Below, in pieces: positions 20,998 through 30,641 of a stretch of 64,000 bases of DNA. The position numbers and the translations under genes are program-made. The stretch lies in contig JBQGCI010000429.1 in assembly GCA_052038405.1 (NCBI GenBank), positions 1,150 to 65,149 of the forward strand, read 5' to 3'. The first letter of the stretch is position 1, and each line of letters begins with the position of its first letter. The notes under the pieces are model-generated. The model was not told the DNA's origin. It worked only from the letters and a program-made list of their open reading frames with translations, and searched no databases. The stretch is from Acinetobacter pittii (GTDB lineage Bacteria; Bacteroidota; Bacteroidia; Chitinophagales; Chitinophagaceae).

Positions 20998-23016
20998 ATG
21001 CACTATGTTTTAAAAGCCCTGGCATGCTTATGTTTATTGCTGTTTGTACTGTTATGCCCCAACAAGATTGGTGCGCAAACAGCCGACAGCATACTTACCC
21101 GGGAGTTGGAAGCGGTTCAGGTAAATGGCAGTAAGAAGAGGTCCCTGGTGGCATCCGTTTCGCCCTTGCAAGTGCTATCGGGCGAAACATTACAGCGTTT
21201 AAACAGTTTCTCTGTTGCAGACGCCATTCGTTATTTTTCGGGTGTACAGTTAAAAGATTACGGAGGTATTGGCGGGCTGAAAACCGTGAATGTGCGTGGC
21301 ATGGGAACACAGCATGTGGGTGTATTTTATGATGGAATGCAACTGGGCAATGCGCAAAACGGCATCGTCGATCTGGGGAAATTTTCACTGGATCATGTTG
21401 AAGCAGTTGCTCTATACAACAGCCAGAATCCTGATATATTTCAACCTGCAAAAAACTTTGGCTCCGCATCATCTATTTATATAACAACACAGCAACCTTC
21501 TTTTAAAGATAGTCAATCGTATCATGTAAAGGCTGGGTTAAAAACGGGTTCCTTCGGGCTCGTTAATCCTTCTGTTTACTGGCAGCAAAAAGTAACTGCT
21601 AATATAGCAACCACTATTAGCGCCGAACTTGTTCACGCACACGGCAGATATAAAACAAGGTATAGAAAATGGGCATACGATACCACCATTATGCGGCAAA
21701 ATGCAGATGTAGCCTCGCAAAGAGTAGAACTGGCTTTGCAGGATCTCAATAAACATGCTGCCACCCACTGGAAAATACAGGGGTATTATTATAACTCGGA
21801 ACGCGGCTTGCCCGGCGCTATTGTTGCAGAACGTTTTTATAATTCGCAACGGCTATGGGATCAAAATTTTTTTACCCAAGGATCTTTGCGGCACCGGTTT
21901 TCGCAGCGCTACCGGGTATCCGTTCAGTTTAAATATGCAAACGACTTTACGCGCTACCTGGATACAACCATCAAAAAGATAGGTGGCACTCCGCTTAACA
22001 ACACCTACCAGCAACAGGAATACTACACTTCGCTGGTAAACGAGTTCACCATCAAAAAATGGTGGAAGTTTTCTTTGTCAACCGACTGGGAAATAAACCG
22101 GATGCAGTCTAACCTGGATGATTTTGCCTACCCGGCACGTAGTACCCACCTTGTTGATGTGGCCACGGAAATGTCCTGGGACCCTATAACCATATCCGGC
22201 AATTTACTGGGCAGCTTTATTAACGAAAAAGTAAAACACGGCGATGCAGCTACCGAAAAGCAGGAACTGACTCCGGCGATCAATGTTTCCTGGAAACCAT
22301 GGGATAGCATTCCCCTTAATTTCCGTTCCTTTTACAAACGCATTTTCAGAATGCCCACCTTCAATGACTTGTATTATACTATTGTTGGCACCACCACGTT
22401 AAGGCCCGAGTATGCCAATCAATATAATATTGGCGCACAGTACAACCAATATTTTTCACAAATAAAACTGGGCTTCAACCTGCAGGCGGATGCTTATATC
22501 AACGAGGTACAGGATAAGATCATTGCCATCCCCGCTAATAATTTGTTCCGTTGGAGCATGATCAACCTGGGCTCAGTAGCCATAAAAGGAATTAACATTC
22601 ATACATCGTACTTCCTTACATTAAATGAAAAAGTCACATTGAATGGTACGCTCAACTATTCCTATCAGGAAGCGATTAACAAAACAAACGGGCAACGGTC
22701 CTACGGTAACCTGATCCCTTATGCGCCTAAACATAGTGGTTCTGCAACCTTGCAATGTTCCTATCAAAACTGGGGCATCAACTACAGTTTCATATACACA
22801 GGCGAACGTTATATGCTGCCCGAAAATGATCCGCAAAACTATTTGATGCCCTGGTATACACACGACCTGGCACTTACCCAAAAACTGGCGTTTAAAAAAG
22901 TTTTTTTTGTGGCAGCAGCCGAGGTAAACAACCTTTTCAACCAGTATTACGATGTCGTTATCAACTATCCCATGCCAGGCAGAAATTATTTAGTAAAACT
23001 TTCTTTCAATTTATAA
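20998..23016 (+). CDS. btuB: TonB-dependent receptor, BtuB-like (cobalamin)
   Basis: Plug DYGGIGGLKTVNVRG, RMPTFNDLY, C-terminal YPMPGRNY..F; directly behind the riboswitch. Confidence 0.85.
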   Translation: MHYVLKALACLCLLLFVLLCPNKIGAQTADSILTRELEAVQVNGSKKRSLVASVSPLQVLSGETLQRLNSFSVADAIRYFSGVQLKDYGGIGGLKTVNVRGMGTQHVGVFYDGMQLGNAQNGIVDLGKFSLDHVEAVALYNSQNPDIFQPAKNFGSASSIYITTQQPSFKDSQSYHVKAGLKTGSFGLVNPSVYWQQKVTANIATTISAELVHAHGRYKTRYRKWAYDTTIMRQNADVASQRVELALQDLNKHAATHWKIQGYYYNSERGLPGAIVAERFYNSQRLWDQNFFTQGSLRHRFSQRYRVSVQFKYANDFTRYLDTTIKKIGGTPLNNTYQQQEYYTSLVNEFTIKKWWKFSLSTDWEINRMQSNLDDFAYPARSTHLVDVATEMSWDPITISGNLLGSFINEKVKHGDAATEKQELTPAINVSWKPWDSIPLNFRSFYKRIFRMPTFNDLYYTIVGTTTLRPEYANQYNIGAQYNQYFSQIKLGFNLQADAYINEVQDKIIAIPANNLFRWSMINLGSVAIKGINIHTSYFLTLNEKVTLNGTLNYSYQEAINKTNGQRSYGNLIPYAPKHSGSATLQCSYQNWGINYSFIYTGERYMLPENDPQNYLMPWYTHDLALTQKLAFKKVFFVAAAEVNNLFNQYYDVVINYPMPGRNYLVKLSFNL

Positions 23017-23025
23017 CCCTGCTCA

Positions 23026-24147
23026 ATGAATCAAAAACCAATCAATTTCCTGCGCTTCTTTTCTGCTCTGCTGATCCTGCTCGGGTCATGCAGGAAAGAC
23101 CATGAATATACGCCACCTCCGCAGTCAACCGAAGCCGACTCAACCAGCACCGGTTTCTATCTCTTAAATGAAGGCGGATGGGGTTATAATAATTCCACCC
23201 TTGATTATTTCGATGTACATAATGGCATTTATACGCGCGACGTCTTTACCAAAGACAATCCTGATGCAGTACTGGGTTTAGGTGACACCGGTAATGATAT
23301 AGGTGTATATGGCAGCAAATTATACGTAGTAATGAACTGGTCAAAGAAGGTAGAGATACTGGATGCTTTAACCGGCAAACGTATTAAGACGTTGACCGAT
23401 AATGCCCACAAAGCCATTGAGAACTCGCGCTATATCACCTTCTCCAATGGCTTTGCCTACCTGAGCTCTTACTCCACATCCGAAAAGGGAATGGTACTTG
23501 AAATAGATACCGCAACCCTGGGTATCGAACGGGCGGTTGAAGTAGGCCGCCAGCCGGATGAGCTGGAGGTAGTAGGTAACAAGCTCTATGTTGTCAATAG
23601 CGGCGGTTACAGTCCATCAAACCTGGAGCATTCTGTTTCGGTTGTGGACCTTAATTCATTCACCGTTGTCAATGCTATAACTGTGGCTCCTAATTTAAGA
23701 CGATTGAAAAAAGACAGCCAGGGCTTTTTATATATCTGTCCCTGGGGAACCACAAGCAAGCTTTATGTCGTGGATACAAAGACGGATCAATTGTCTGACT
23801 CAATCACCGTAAAAGTGGAGGACTTTGCCATAAAAAATGATACGGCTTATGTATACGGAACCGACTATGGAACAAAGAACCACTCCTATACAAAGATTGA
23901 TCTTAAAACGAGAACCGTATTACCGGACTCTTTTATTACCGATGGAACAAAAATACAGATCCCCTATGGCATCGCCGTTGATCCGAACAATGGCAACATT
24001 TATATAGCCGATGCAAGAGACTATGTAGAGGCTGGTGACCTGTTCTGTTTTGATGCGCAGGGCCGATTAAAAAACACCATTAAAAAAACGGGTATTATAC
24101 CTGGTCATATAGGCTTCTTCAACCGTAAAAATGGATCTGCCAGGTAA
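23026..24147 (+). CDS. BtuG-like / YncE beta-propeller surface lipoprotein
   Basis: LGSC lipobox. LNEG, LGDTGND, PYGIAVDP, IADARDY and TGIIPG motifs. Confidence 0.85.
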   Translation: MNQKPINFLRFFSALLILLGSCRKDHEYTPPPQSTEADSTSTGFYLLNEGGWGYNNSTLDYFDVHNGIYTRDVFTKDNPDAVLGLGDTGNDIGVYGSKLYVVMNWSKKVEILDALTGKRIKTLTDNAHKAIENSRYITFSNGFAYLSSYSTSEKGMVLEIDTATLGIERAVEVGRQPDELEVVGNKLYVVNSGGYSPSNLEHSVSVVDLNSFTVVNAITVAPNLRRLKKDSQGFLYICPWGTTSKLYVVDTKTDQLSDSITVKVEDFAIKNDTAYVYGTDYGTKNHSYTKIDLKTRTVLPDSFITDGTKIQIPYGIAVDPNNGNIYIADARDYVEAGDLFCFDAQGRLKNTIKKTGIIPGHIGFFNRKNGSAR

Positions 24148-24299
24148 GCATCATTATAAAACCTTAAACAATAAAATATACGAATGAACCCGACATGATT
24201 AAAATGTCATTTATCTCACTCCGGCAGAATCCTTTGGACAGGGGAATGAAATTTAATCATCAAAGGCACTATTCGGTTAAAATCAACAAACATTTACGA

Positions 24300-25421
24300 A
24301 TGAAACATTTACAACAACTTTCCGTCATTTCATTTTTCTTGCTGCTTTTGAACAGCTGCTCTAAAGACGATGCTCCCGCACCCATTATGAAACTATCTGT
24401 TACTGAAAAAACCATCCAGACAAAAATTAAGGAGGTGGTGAGCATTACATCCCGCATAGCGGTCGGCACAGCAGTTAAAGAGGCCTGGTATGTCGGTACT
24501 GAGTTGATCTCTACCAGCAATACATTCAATCATATTTTCGAAGTGGCCGGTAACTATAAGATCTATTACCAGGCCAGTAACAATTATGGCATTTATAAAG
24601 ACAGTTTTGACGTACAGGTTGCTGCGTTGGTCAGAGAGGGAGGTACCAGTCAGTATGTTACTACGCTATTTGAATTTATGCCTGCCCCCGGCCAGTTTAT
24701 CAACAAAGCTCCCGGCAACCTGGTAAGTGCAGAGGGGCTTATTGGCAAAACCGGCATGGTTAGCCTGGGGGCCTGGGGCGGCTATGTGGTATATGGCTTT
24801 GATCATAGTGTACCCAATAAAGAAGGTAATGATATTGATGTAACCGGCAATGCGTTGGCCGAGTGGAGCGAGCCAGGTATCATTTATGTGATGGTTGATA
24901 ACAATGGCAACGGCAAACCTGACGACACCTGGTACGAGCTGGCTGGCAGCGAATTCGGCAAAACAGATGGCACTTACCTGCGCGACTATGAAGTAACTTA
25001 TTTTCGCCCTGAATCTATAGATAAAGACATTGCATGGACCGATAACAAAGGCAATACCGGCTTTGTAAAGAAAAACACGTTTCACCGCCAGGCTTATTAC
25101 CCTGAATGGATCACGGCCAACAGCTATACTTTAAAAGGTTCCTGGTTAAAAACTAAAGTAGATCCATCCAGACCCACCTATGTAACCTCTCTTCCATACG
25201 ATTGGGGTTATTCCGACAATCAAACAGAAGCTAAAGGTGGTGGAAAAGTAGATATCTCAAACGCTGTCGATGCAAAGGGTAGCAAGGTTGATCTTACAGC
25301 CATCGACTTTATTAAAATACAAACCGGTGTGCTCGCTGATGGCGGTTGGTTGGGCGAAGCCTCAACTGAAGTAACCGCAATTAAAGACATGCATTTCACG
25401 GCAAGCAATCCCATTAAATAA
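24300..25421 (+). CDS. Surface lipoprotein with Ig/PKD-like domain and BtuH-like domain
   Basis: LNSC lipobox. PAPGQFIN, VSLGAWGGY, PDDTWYELAGSE, IDFIKIQTG and GEASTEV motifs. Confidence 0.75.
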   Translation: MKHLQQLSVISFFLLLLNSCSKDDAPAPIMKLSVTEKTIQTKIKEVVSITSRIAVGTAVKEAWYVGTELISTSNTFNHIFEVAGNYKIYYQASNNYGIYKDSFDVQVAALVREGGTSQYVTTLFEFMPAPGQFINKAPGNLVSAEGLIGKTGMVSLGAWGGYVVYGFDHSVPNKEGNDIDVTGNALAEWSEPGIIYVMVDNNGNGKPDDTWYELAGSEFGKTDGTYLRDYEVTYFRPESIDKDIAWTDNKGNTGFVKKNTFHRQAYYPEWITANSYTLKGSWLKTKVDPSRPTYVTSLPYDWGYSDNQTEAKGGGKVDISNAVDAKGSKVDLTAIDFIKIQTGVLADGGWLGEASTEVTAIKDMHFTASNPIK

Positions 25422-25434
25422 AACAAACATTTTC

Positions 25435-26553
25435 ATGATGACTCACTTACCAAACAATTATTTGTACCGCTTTTTATTAGTAGCTGTAACCGCTCTTCTT
25501 TTAACAGCATGTTCCAAAAATGATGACTTTCTCATTGGTGGTCCCGACCCTGTTGAAACAGCACCTTACGCCAATGGCTTTTTTATTATAACAGAAGGAG
25601 CTTTGCAACAAACCTCCGGAACTGTACAGTTTTACAGATATGGCGCAGACACGGTCGCTACCAGGGTTTATGAAAAAGAAAACCCCGGTAAAATAACATC
25701 AAACGCAGCCAAGACCAGCACTTTACAGTTCGCCACTATGTATAGTGGTAAGCTCTTCCTGCTGAGCAAAATGAACGGCCCGCTTATACGACTGGATGCG
25801 GCAACACTAAAAGAAGAGGTCAGGTTTAACCAGGAAACCAGTAACTGGAGAAGCCTGGTTGGCGTAAAAGGTGCCGAAGGATTAGTTAGCGCCAGTGATG
25901 GGGTGTATGCCATCAATTTAAACACTTTGGTACCACAATATAAGCTAACATCAGTATCAGCGGTAAACACCGGCGATATGCTGGTTTCGGATAACTATGT
26001 TTTTTTACTACAGAACAATGGCGCTAAAATCATATCGGCTGGCAACTATTCCTTTATAAAGGGCTTCAGTAATATCAACCGCGGGTTTGTCAAAACGCCC
26101 AATGGGAAAGTTTGGGCAGCCACAGCCAACAGGCTGATCGCCATAGACAAAAATCTGGATACTGCTGGTGTGGCACTTACAGCATCTGTTTCTTCATGGG
26201 GATTAGATGCTCCTACATTGTTGACCGCTTCTACAAAAGAAAATGCAGTTTTTTATACTTCCGGGAAGAGCATTTACAAGTATGTAGATGGAAATCCATC
26301 TTCGGCAACCGTTCCCTTTATCACCATTAATATCAATCCATTTATGATATATGGCACGGCACGGTACGATCGCAATAAAGATTATATAATCGTCAATGGA
26401 ATAGCGGGTTATGGAGCAGACTCGGGTGTTAACTATCTGCTGATTTATAATGCAAGCACCGGCGCCCTGGTAAAAAATATTAAATACGGTAGCGATGGCT
26501 CGGTGGTAGACTTCAACCATATTTACTTTCCGGGGCTCGCCGTATTTCATTAA
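25435..26553 (+). CDS. DUF5074-like beta-propeller lipoprotein
   Basis: LTAC lipobox. YANGFFIITEG, VYEKENPG and C-terminal YFP motifs. Confidence 0.7.
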   Translation: MMTHLPNNYLYRFLLVAVTALLLTACSKNDDFLIGGPDPVETAPYANGFFIITEGALQQTSGTVQFYRYGADTVATRVYEKENPGKITSNAAKTSTLQFATMYSGKLFLLSKMNGPLIRLDAATLKEEVRFNQETSNWRSLVGVKGAEGLVSASDGVYAINLNTLVPQYKLTSVSAVNTGDMLVSDNYVFLLQNNGAKIISAGNYSFIKGFSNINRGFVKTPNGKVWAATANRLIAIDKNLDTAGVALTASVSSWGLDAPTLLTASTKENAVFYTSGKSIYKYVDGNPSSATVPFITININPFMIYGTARYDRNKDYIIVNGIAGYGADSGVNYLLIYNASTGALVKNIKYGSDGSVVDFNHIYFPGLAVFH

Positions 26554-26576
26554 TCTTTCCTTTAATAATGCTATTA

Positions 26577-26606
26577 AAATGCTGCCCCAGGGTGGCATTT
26601 TTTATT
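26577..26606 (+). terminator. Rho-independent terminator of the B12 locus
   Basis: aaaatgctgcc-ccag-ggtggcatttt followed by Ts. Confidence 0.7.
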
Positions 26607-26632
26607 GCCTGAAATTGTGGTAACTTTAATAG

Positions 26633-27031
26633 ATGAATTTTGTAATTGCCGCCGTGTTTGATAATTATATTAATGCACATGTAACAATGGGACGCCTGCA
26701 GGAAGAGCATATTAACTGCTGGCTGAAAGACGAAAATACGGTATCCACCTATCCTGGTTCTACTTATGCTGTTGGCGGTATTAAGCTAATGGTAGCTGAA
26801 GCGCAGATCGAACGGGCGCTGGCATTAATTGCAGCCGACCGGCAGGAGTACCGGCAACAGCATCCCTGCCCGCAATGTGGCTCTGAGAATATCGGTTTGG
26901 TAAGCATTCCCCGTAAGCCAGGCAATTGGTTAGGCACCATCACCAGCGCAGTATTAGGCATTGAACCTACCACCCCTGCTGACAAAGTGTACCATTGTTC
27001 CGACTGTGGTAAAGAGTACGAGATAGAGTAA
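26633..27031 (+). CDS. DUF2007-like protein with zinc ribbon
   Basis: L.DEN...GGIKLMV; CPQCGS...CSDCG. Confidence 0.75.
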   Translation: MNFVIAAVFDNYINAHVTMGRLQEEHINCWLKDENTVSTYPGSTYAVGGIKLMVAEAQIERALALIAADRQEYRQQHPCPQCGSENIGLVSIPRKPGNWLGTITSAVLGIEPTTPADKVYHCSDCGKEYEIE

Positions 27032-27132
27032 TGGTTGAAAAAGGATTTATTTGTTGTCATTTGGCAAGATATCATTGCAACTGCATCAACTACCTTTGAT
27101 TGTTGTCTTCTTTATACACCAAATTTGCTTAC

Positions 27133-27663
27133 ATGAAAATCTTAAAACGCATCCTTTCCGTAATATTGGGGTTAATTGCCCTGCTATTAATTGTTGCCTT
27201 GTTTGTAAAAAAAGATTATGCTATTACCAAAGAAACCGTAATCAACAAACCTGTTGGCGAAGTTTTTAATTATGTACGTTATCTTAAAAACCAGGATAAC
27301 TATAGCATATGGAATCAGCTTGACCCGAATATGAAGAAAAACTATACGGGTATCGACGGCACCGTTGGCTTTGTATATGCCTGGGATGGAAATAAAAAAG
27401 CCGGGAAAGGAGCACAGGAAATAACCGCTATTGATGAAAATAAAAGAGTTGATGTTGAAATACGGTTCGAAAAACCAATGGAAGGCACCAACAAGGCGTC
27501 TGTTATTACAACTCCTGTGGGTAACTCCCAAACAAAAGTGGTATGGGGATTCTATGGCACCAGCCCGTATCCCTTAAACCTGATGAACTTATGCATGAAT
27601 GCAATGATTGGCGGCGATTTACAGAAGAATCTGGAAAATCTTAAAAAAATACTGGAGCGATAA
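27133..27663 (+). CDS. SRPBCC / polyketide-cyclase family protein
   Basis: LKNQDNYSIW..LDPNM, GTVGF.YAW and GLxNLK-like C-terminus. Confidence 0.85.
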   Translation: MKILKRILSVILGLIALLLIVALFVKKDYAITKETVINKPVGEVFNYVRYLKNQDNYSIWNQLDPNMKKNYTGIDGTVGFVYAWDGNKKAGKGAQEITAIDENKRVDVEIRFEKPMEGTNKASVITTPVGNSQTKVVWGFYGTSPYPLNLMNLCMNAMIGGDLQKNLENLKKILER

Positions 27664-27679
27664 CCCTTCAAACCTATTG

Positions 27680-27717
27680 TTAAACCCGGCCCGTCAGTGA
27701 TGGGCCGGGTTTAATTT
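27680..27717 (+). terminator. Rho-independent terminator
   Basis: taaacccggccc-gtcagtgat-gggccgggttta. Confidence 0.8.
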
Positions 27718-27783
27718 TGATGTAACTTTAAGAAGGAGTATTTAGTAGAAAGTCCTGTGTTGTTGCTGATAAAACGATCACCG

Positions 27784-28608
27784 ATGGAAAAAGTAATTAC
27801 TTATTTTTCTACACTGGAACAGCGTCCTTTGGAACGTATGGCCCTTTTGGTGGGTGGTCTCCTTTTTTTCTGGATCATAGAGGGCGCAGTTCCTTTAGTA
27901 AAGCTTCAATACCGCAAAACTAAGTTCAGGCATGCCCTGGTGAATTTTGGTTTTACTGTTATGCATCTTGTTATACATACAGGACTCGCTGTTTTCATTG
28001 TACTACTAAGCGACTGGTGTAGGAATGCGGAATTCGGAATGGTTTACTGGTTCAATGCCAATGTATGGGGAGCTATTTTAATTGGAGTGCTGGCGCTTGA
28101 TTTCAGCAGCTGGCTGGTGCATTGGGTGATGCACAAAAACTCTTATTTATGGCGCTACCATCTTATTCACCATAGCGATAATAAAGTAGATGTAACTACG
28201 GGTTTACGCCACCACCCCGGGGACAGCTTGCTGAGAGGTATTTTCTTTTTGCTATTGATCTTTATTAGCGGAGCACCTATGTATAGTGTGATGATATACC
28301 AAACCTTAGTGGTTATTACCACCGCGTTTACGCACGCCAATATCAGTCTGCCGCCGGTGCTGGATAAAACATTAAGCTATCTGTTTGTTTCTCCCAATAT
28401 GCACAAAGTACATCACCATTGGATGCAGCCTTACACAGACAGTAACTATGGCGCCGTGTTGTCTATCTGGGATAGATTGTTTCGTACGTTTTCAACCTTA
28501 CATCCGTCTAAAATAAAATATGGACTGGATAGATATTATCCCAATGAAAAAGACGAGGATTTTCTGGATCTGTTGAAGGACCCGTTTCTACATAAAAAGA
28601 AATTGTGA
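27784..28608 (+). CDS. Sterol desaturase / fatty-acid hydroxylase family
   Basis: His boxes HWVMH, HLIHH and HKVHH; DSNYG. Confidence 0.9.
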   Translation: MEKVITYFSTLEQRPLERMALLVGGLLFFWIIEGAVPLVKLQYRKTKFRHALVNFGFTVMHLVIHTGLAVFIVLLSDWCRNAEFGMVYWFNANVWGAILIGVLALDFSSWLVHWVMHKNSYLWRYHLIHHSDNKVDVTTGLRHHPGDSLLRGIFFLLLIFISGAPMYSVMIYQTLVVITTAFTHANISLPPVLDKTLSYLFVSPNMHKVHHHWMQPYTDSNYGAVLSIWDRLFRTFSTLHPSKIKYGLDRYYPNEKDEDFLDLLKDPFLHKKKL

Positions 28609-28695
28609 ATTGTCAGTGGTAAATAGTGAATCGATTAGCCATTGCGGCAATGGACTATTAACTATTCCCCATTATCTATTCACCATTCACTATTT
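28604..28695. repeat. Inverted array of 7-bp repeats around a small hairpin
   Basis: tgtgaat tgtcagt ggtaaat agtgaat ... ccattgc-g-gcaatgg ... actatta actattc cccatta tctattc accattc actattt. Confidence 0.75.
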
Positions 28696-28702
28696 TTGGC
28701 AA

Positions 28703-29434
28703 ATGAGTAAAGTAATTGCCATGATACCGGCGCGTTATGCAGCCACGCGTTTTCCCGCTAAATTGATGAAGATCCTGGGCGATAAACCGGTCATTACGCA
28801 TACTTACGAAGCCGCAGTGCAAAGTGGCTTATTTGCTGATGTATATGTGATCACCGACAGCGATGTGATTTACAACGAGATCACCAGTCGTGGTGGAAAA
28901 TGTATAATGAGCCTGACCGAACACGAAAGCGGTACCGATCGTATTGCAGAAGCCGCACGCAACCTGGATGCAGATGTGATTGTGAACGTACAGGGCGATG
29001 AACCTTTTATCCAAAAAGAACCCCTCGAAAAACTGGTTCGCTTATTCGATAAAGAGCAGGTACAGGTAGCCTCCTTAATGCGGAAAATGGAAACTGCTGC
29101 TGACGCGGCTAATTCCAATATGGTGAAAGTAGTTACCAATAAAAATAATAAGGCGCTTTATTTTAGTCGCAGTATTATTCCCTTCCAGCGCGACACCGAT
29201 ATCACAGTCAACTACTTTCTGCACATAGGCGTATATGCTTTTCGTAAAAATACGCTATTAAATTTCACCGGCCTGCCACAGGCCCCCTTGGAACAGATCG
29301 AAAAACTGGAGCAGCTACGCTTTCTATACAATGATATTGATATTTACATGGCAGAAACCAGCTATAAAAATATCGCTATAGATACACCCGAAGACCTGGA
29401 AAAAGCAATAGCGCAAATTAATAGTAAGCGATAG
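28703..29434 (+). CDS. kdsB: 3-deoxy-manno-octulosonate cytidylyltransferase
   Basis: IPARYAATRFPAK, SGTDRI, NVQGDEP and EKLEQLR motifs. Confidence 0.95.
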   Translation: MSKVIAMIPARYAATRFPAKLMKILGDKPVITHTYEAAVQSGLFADVYVITDSDVIYNEITSRGGKCIMSLTEHESGTDRIAEAARNLDADVIVNVQGDEPFIQKEPLEKLVRLFDKEQVQVASLMRKMETAADAANSNMVKVVTNKNNKALYFSRSIIPFQRDTDITVNYFLHIGVYAFRKNTLLNFTGLPQAPLEQIEKLEQLRFLYNDIDIYMAETSYKNIAIDTPEDLEKAIAQINSKR

Positions 29435-29493
29435 ACTTGCCGATAATTACCAGATGATATCGGATCGGTGGAGCCTACCAAACAGGGGTCATT

Positions 29494-30063
29494 TCACAGC
29501 CCCGCCGGCCTGTCATCATCCCTGTCAAAGTCAGCTATTTGCTGGTTCAGCTTTTTAATCCACCGCAACCAGAGTTTGGAAGACAGGATGATCAGTTGAA
29601 CAACGATAACCGTACTAAAAAGAAGCACCAGCCACTTTTCTTTTGTAAAAGCCATAGTAGATGTAAAGAATATAATGATCGAACTACTGTATAGTAACGT
29701 TACCAGTAAAGAAAAAAGGGATAGCCTTTTCACCCGTGTTAAATAATCTGTTACCGACTGTTTAAGATTGGTGTTTCTCACGGGTCTTGTCAGTGAGATA
29801 TAGCCAACTATATCGTTCAGCACATATAAAATTAAACCGGCAATCAGGGCCAGGTTAGCATAAAAGGGTTTCTGGTCGCCATCGAACCAATCATAATAAA
29901 CGAATAAAAAAGTTAGTAGCAGTATGATCTGGATCGTCAGTCTTGTCTTGATCCGTTTTACTACCGGGTGATTCAGGATTTTCGTCATGCTCTCCAGGTC
30001 TTCTTCTGTTCTTAAATGGCTGCTTACATTTTTCCAGCCAGATTGTAATTCGTTCAGCTCCAT
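29494..30063 (-). CDS. Membrane protein, putative anti-sigma factor
   Basis: MELNELQSGW N-terminus with 4 TM segments; 3 bp downstream of the ECF sigma gene. Confidence 0.6.
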   Translation of the reverse strand: MELNELQSGWKNVSSHLRTEEDLESMTKILNHPVVKRIKTRLTIQIILLLTFLFVYYDWFDGDQKPFYANLALIAGLILYVLNDIVGYISLTRPVRNTNLKQSVTDYLTRVKRLSLFSLLVTLLYSSSIIIFFTSTMAFTKEKWLVLLFSTVIVVQLIILSSKLWLRWIKKLNQQIADFDRDDDRPAGL

Positions 30064-30066
30064 CTT

Positions 30067-30537
30067 TTATTTTATTATTTTTTTCAATTTGTTTTTGATC
30101 CGGTTAAGCCTTACCCCGATATTGGTTTCACTAAATCCTGTTATGGCAGCGATCTCTTTGTAGCTAAACTCGTCTAAATAAAGAGCTATAATGGCCTTCT
30201 CTGTGTCGTTCAATTTTCCCAGCGCCTCAAACAGCCGCTCTTCATTATCAGAAATGGGGTTGTCCCTCAAAGGATGATGGTTAGGCTGCAGCTCCGGATA
30301 ATGATCCGTTTTTAATTGCGGTTTACGGTAAATAGCTATGGCTGTGTTTAAGGCTACACGATACATCCAGGTGCCTGGTTTTGACTCCCCCCTGAAACCG
30401 CGATAGGATTTCCAAAGTTGGTATACAATTTCCTGGAACAGGTCTTCCCGATCCTCTTTACTGTTACGATACAGCGCACTAACCTTGTAAATGATACCCT
30501 GATGCTCATGAATAAGTTGCAGAAACTGCTTTTCCAT
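30067..30537 (-). CDS. ECF RNA polymerase sigma factor
   Basis: EDLFQEI, TWMYRVALNTA and SYKEIA..G.SETN motifs. Confidence 0.92.
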   Translation of the reverse strand: MEKQFLQLIHEHQGIIYKVSALYRNSKEDREDLFQEIVYQLWKSYRGFRGESKPGTWMYRVALNTAIAIYRKPQLKTDHYPELQPNHHPLRDNPISDNEERLFEALGKLNDTEKAIIALYLDEFSYKEIAAITGFSETNIGVRLNRIKNKLKKIIK

Positions 30538-30641
30538 ACTGCTACAAATTATTATTCCCGTTTAACTCATATGACATAATACATAAGTAGCACAATTAGT
30601 ATAAAATCTTACAACATCTAAAAAATAATTATCTTTCTTGC

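Noticed and set aside
28610-28702. 31-aa N-terminal extension of kdsB in the ORF track
   Set aside because: It is the translated heptamer array; KdsB homology begins at MSKVIA (28703).
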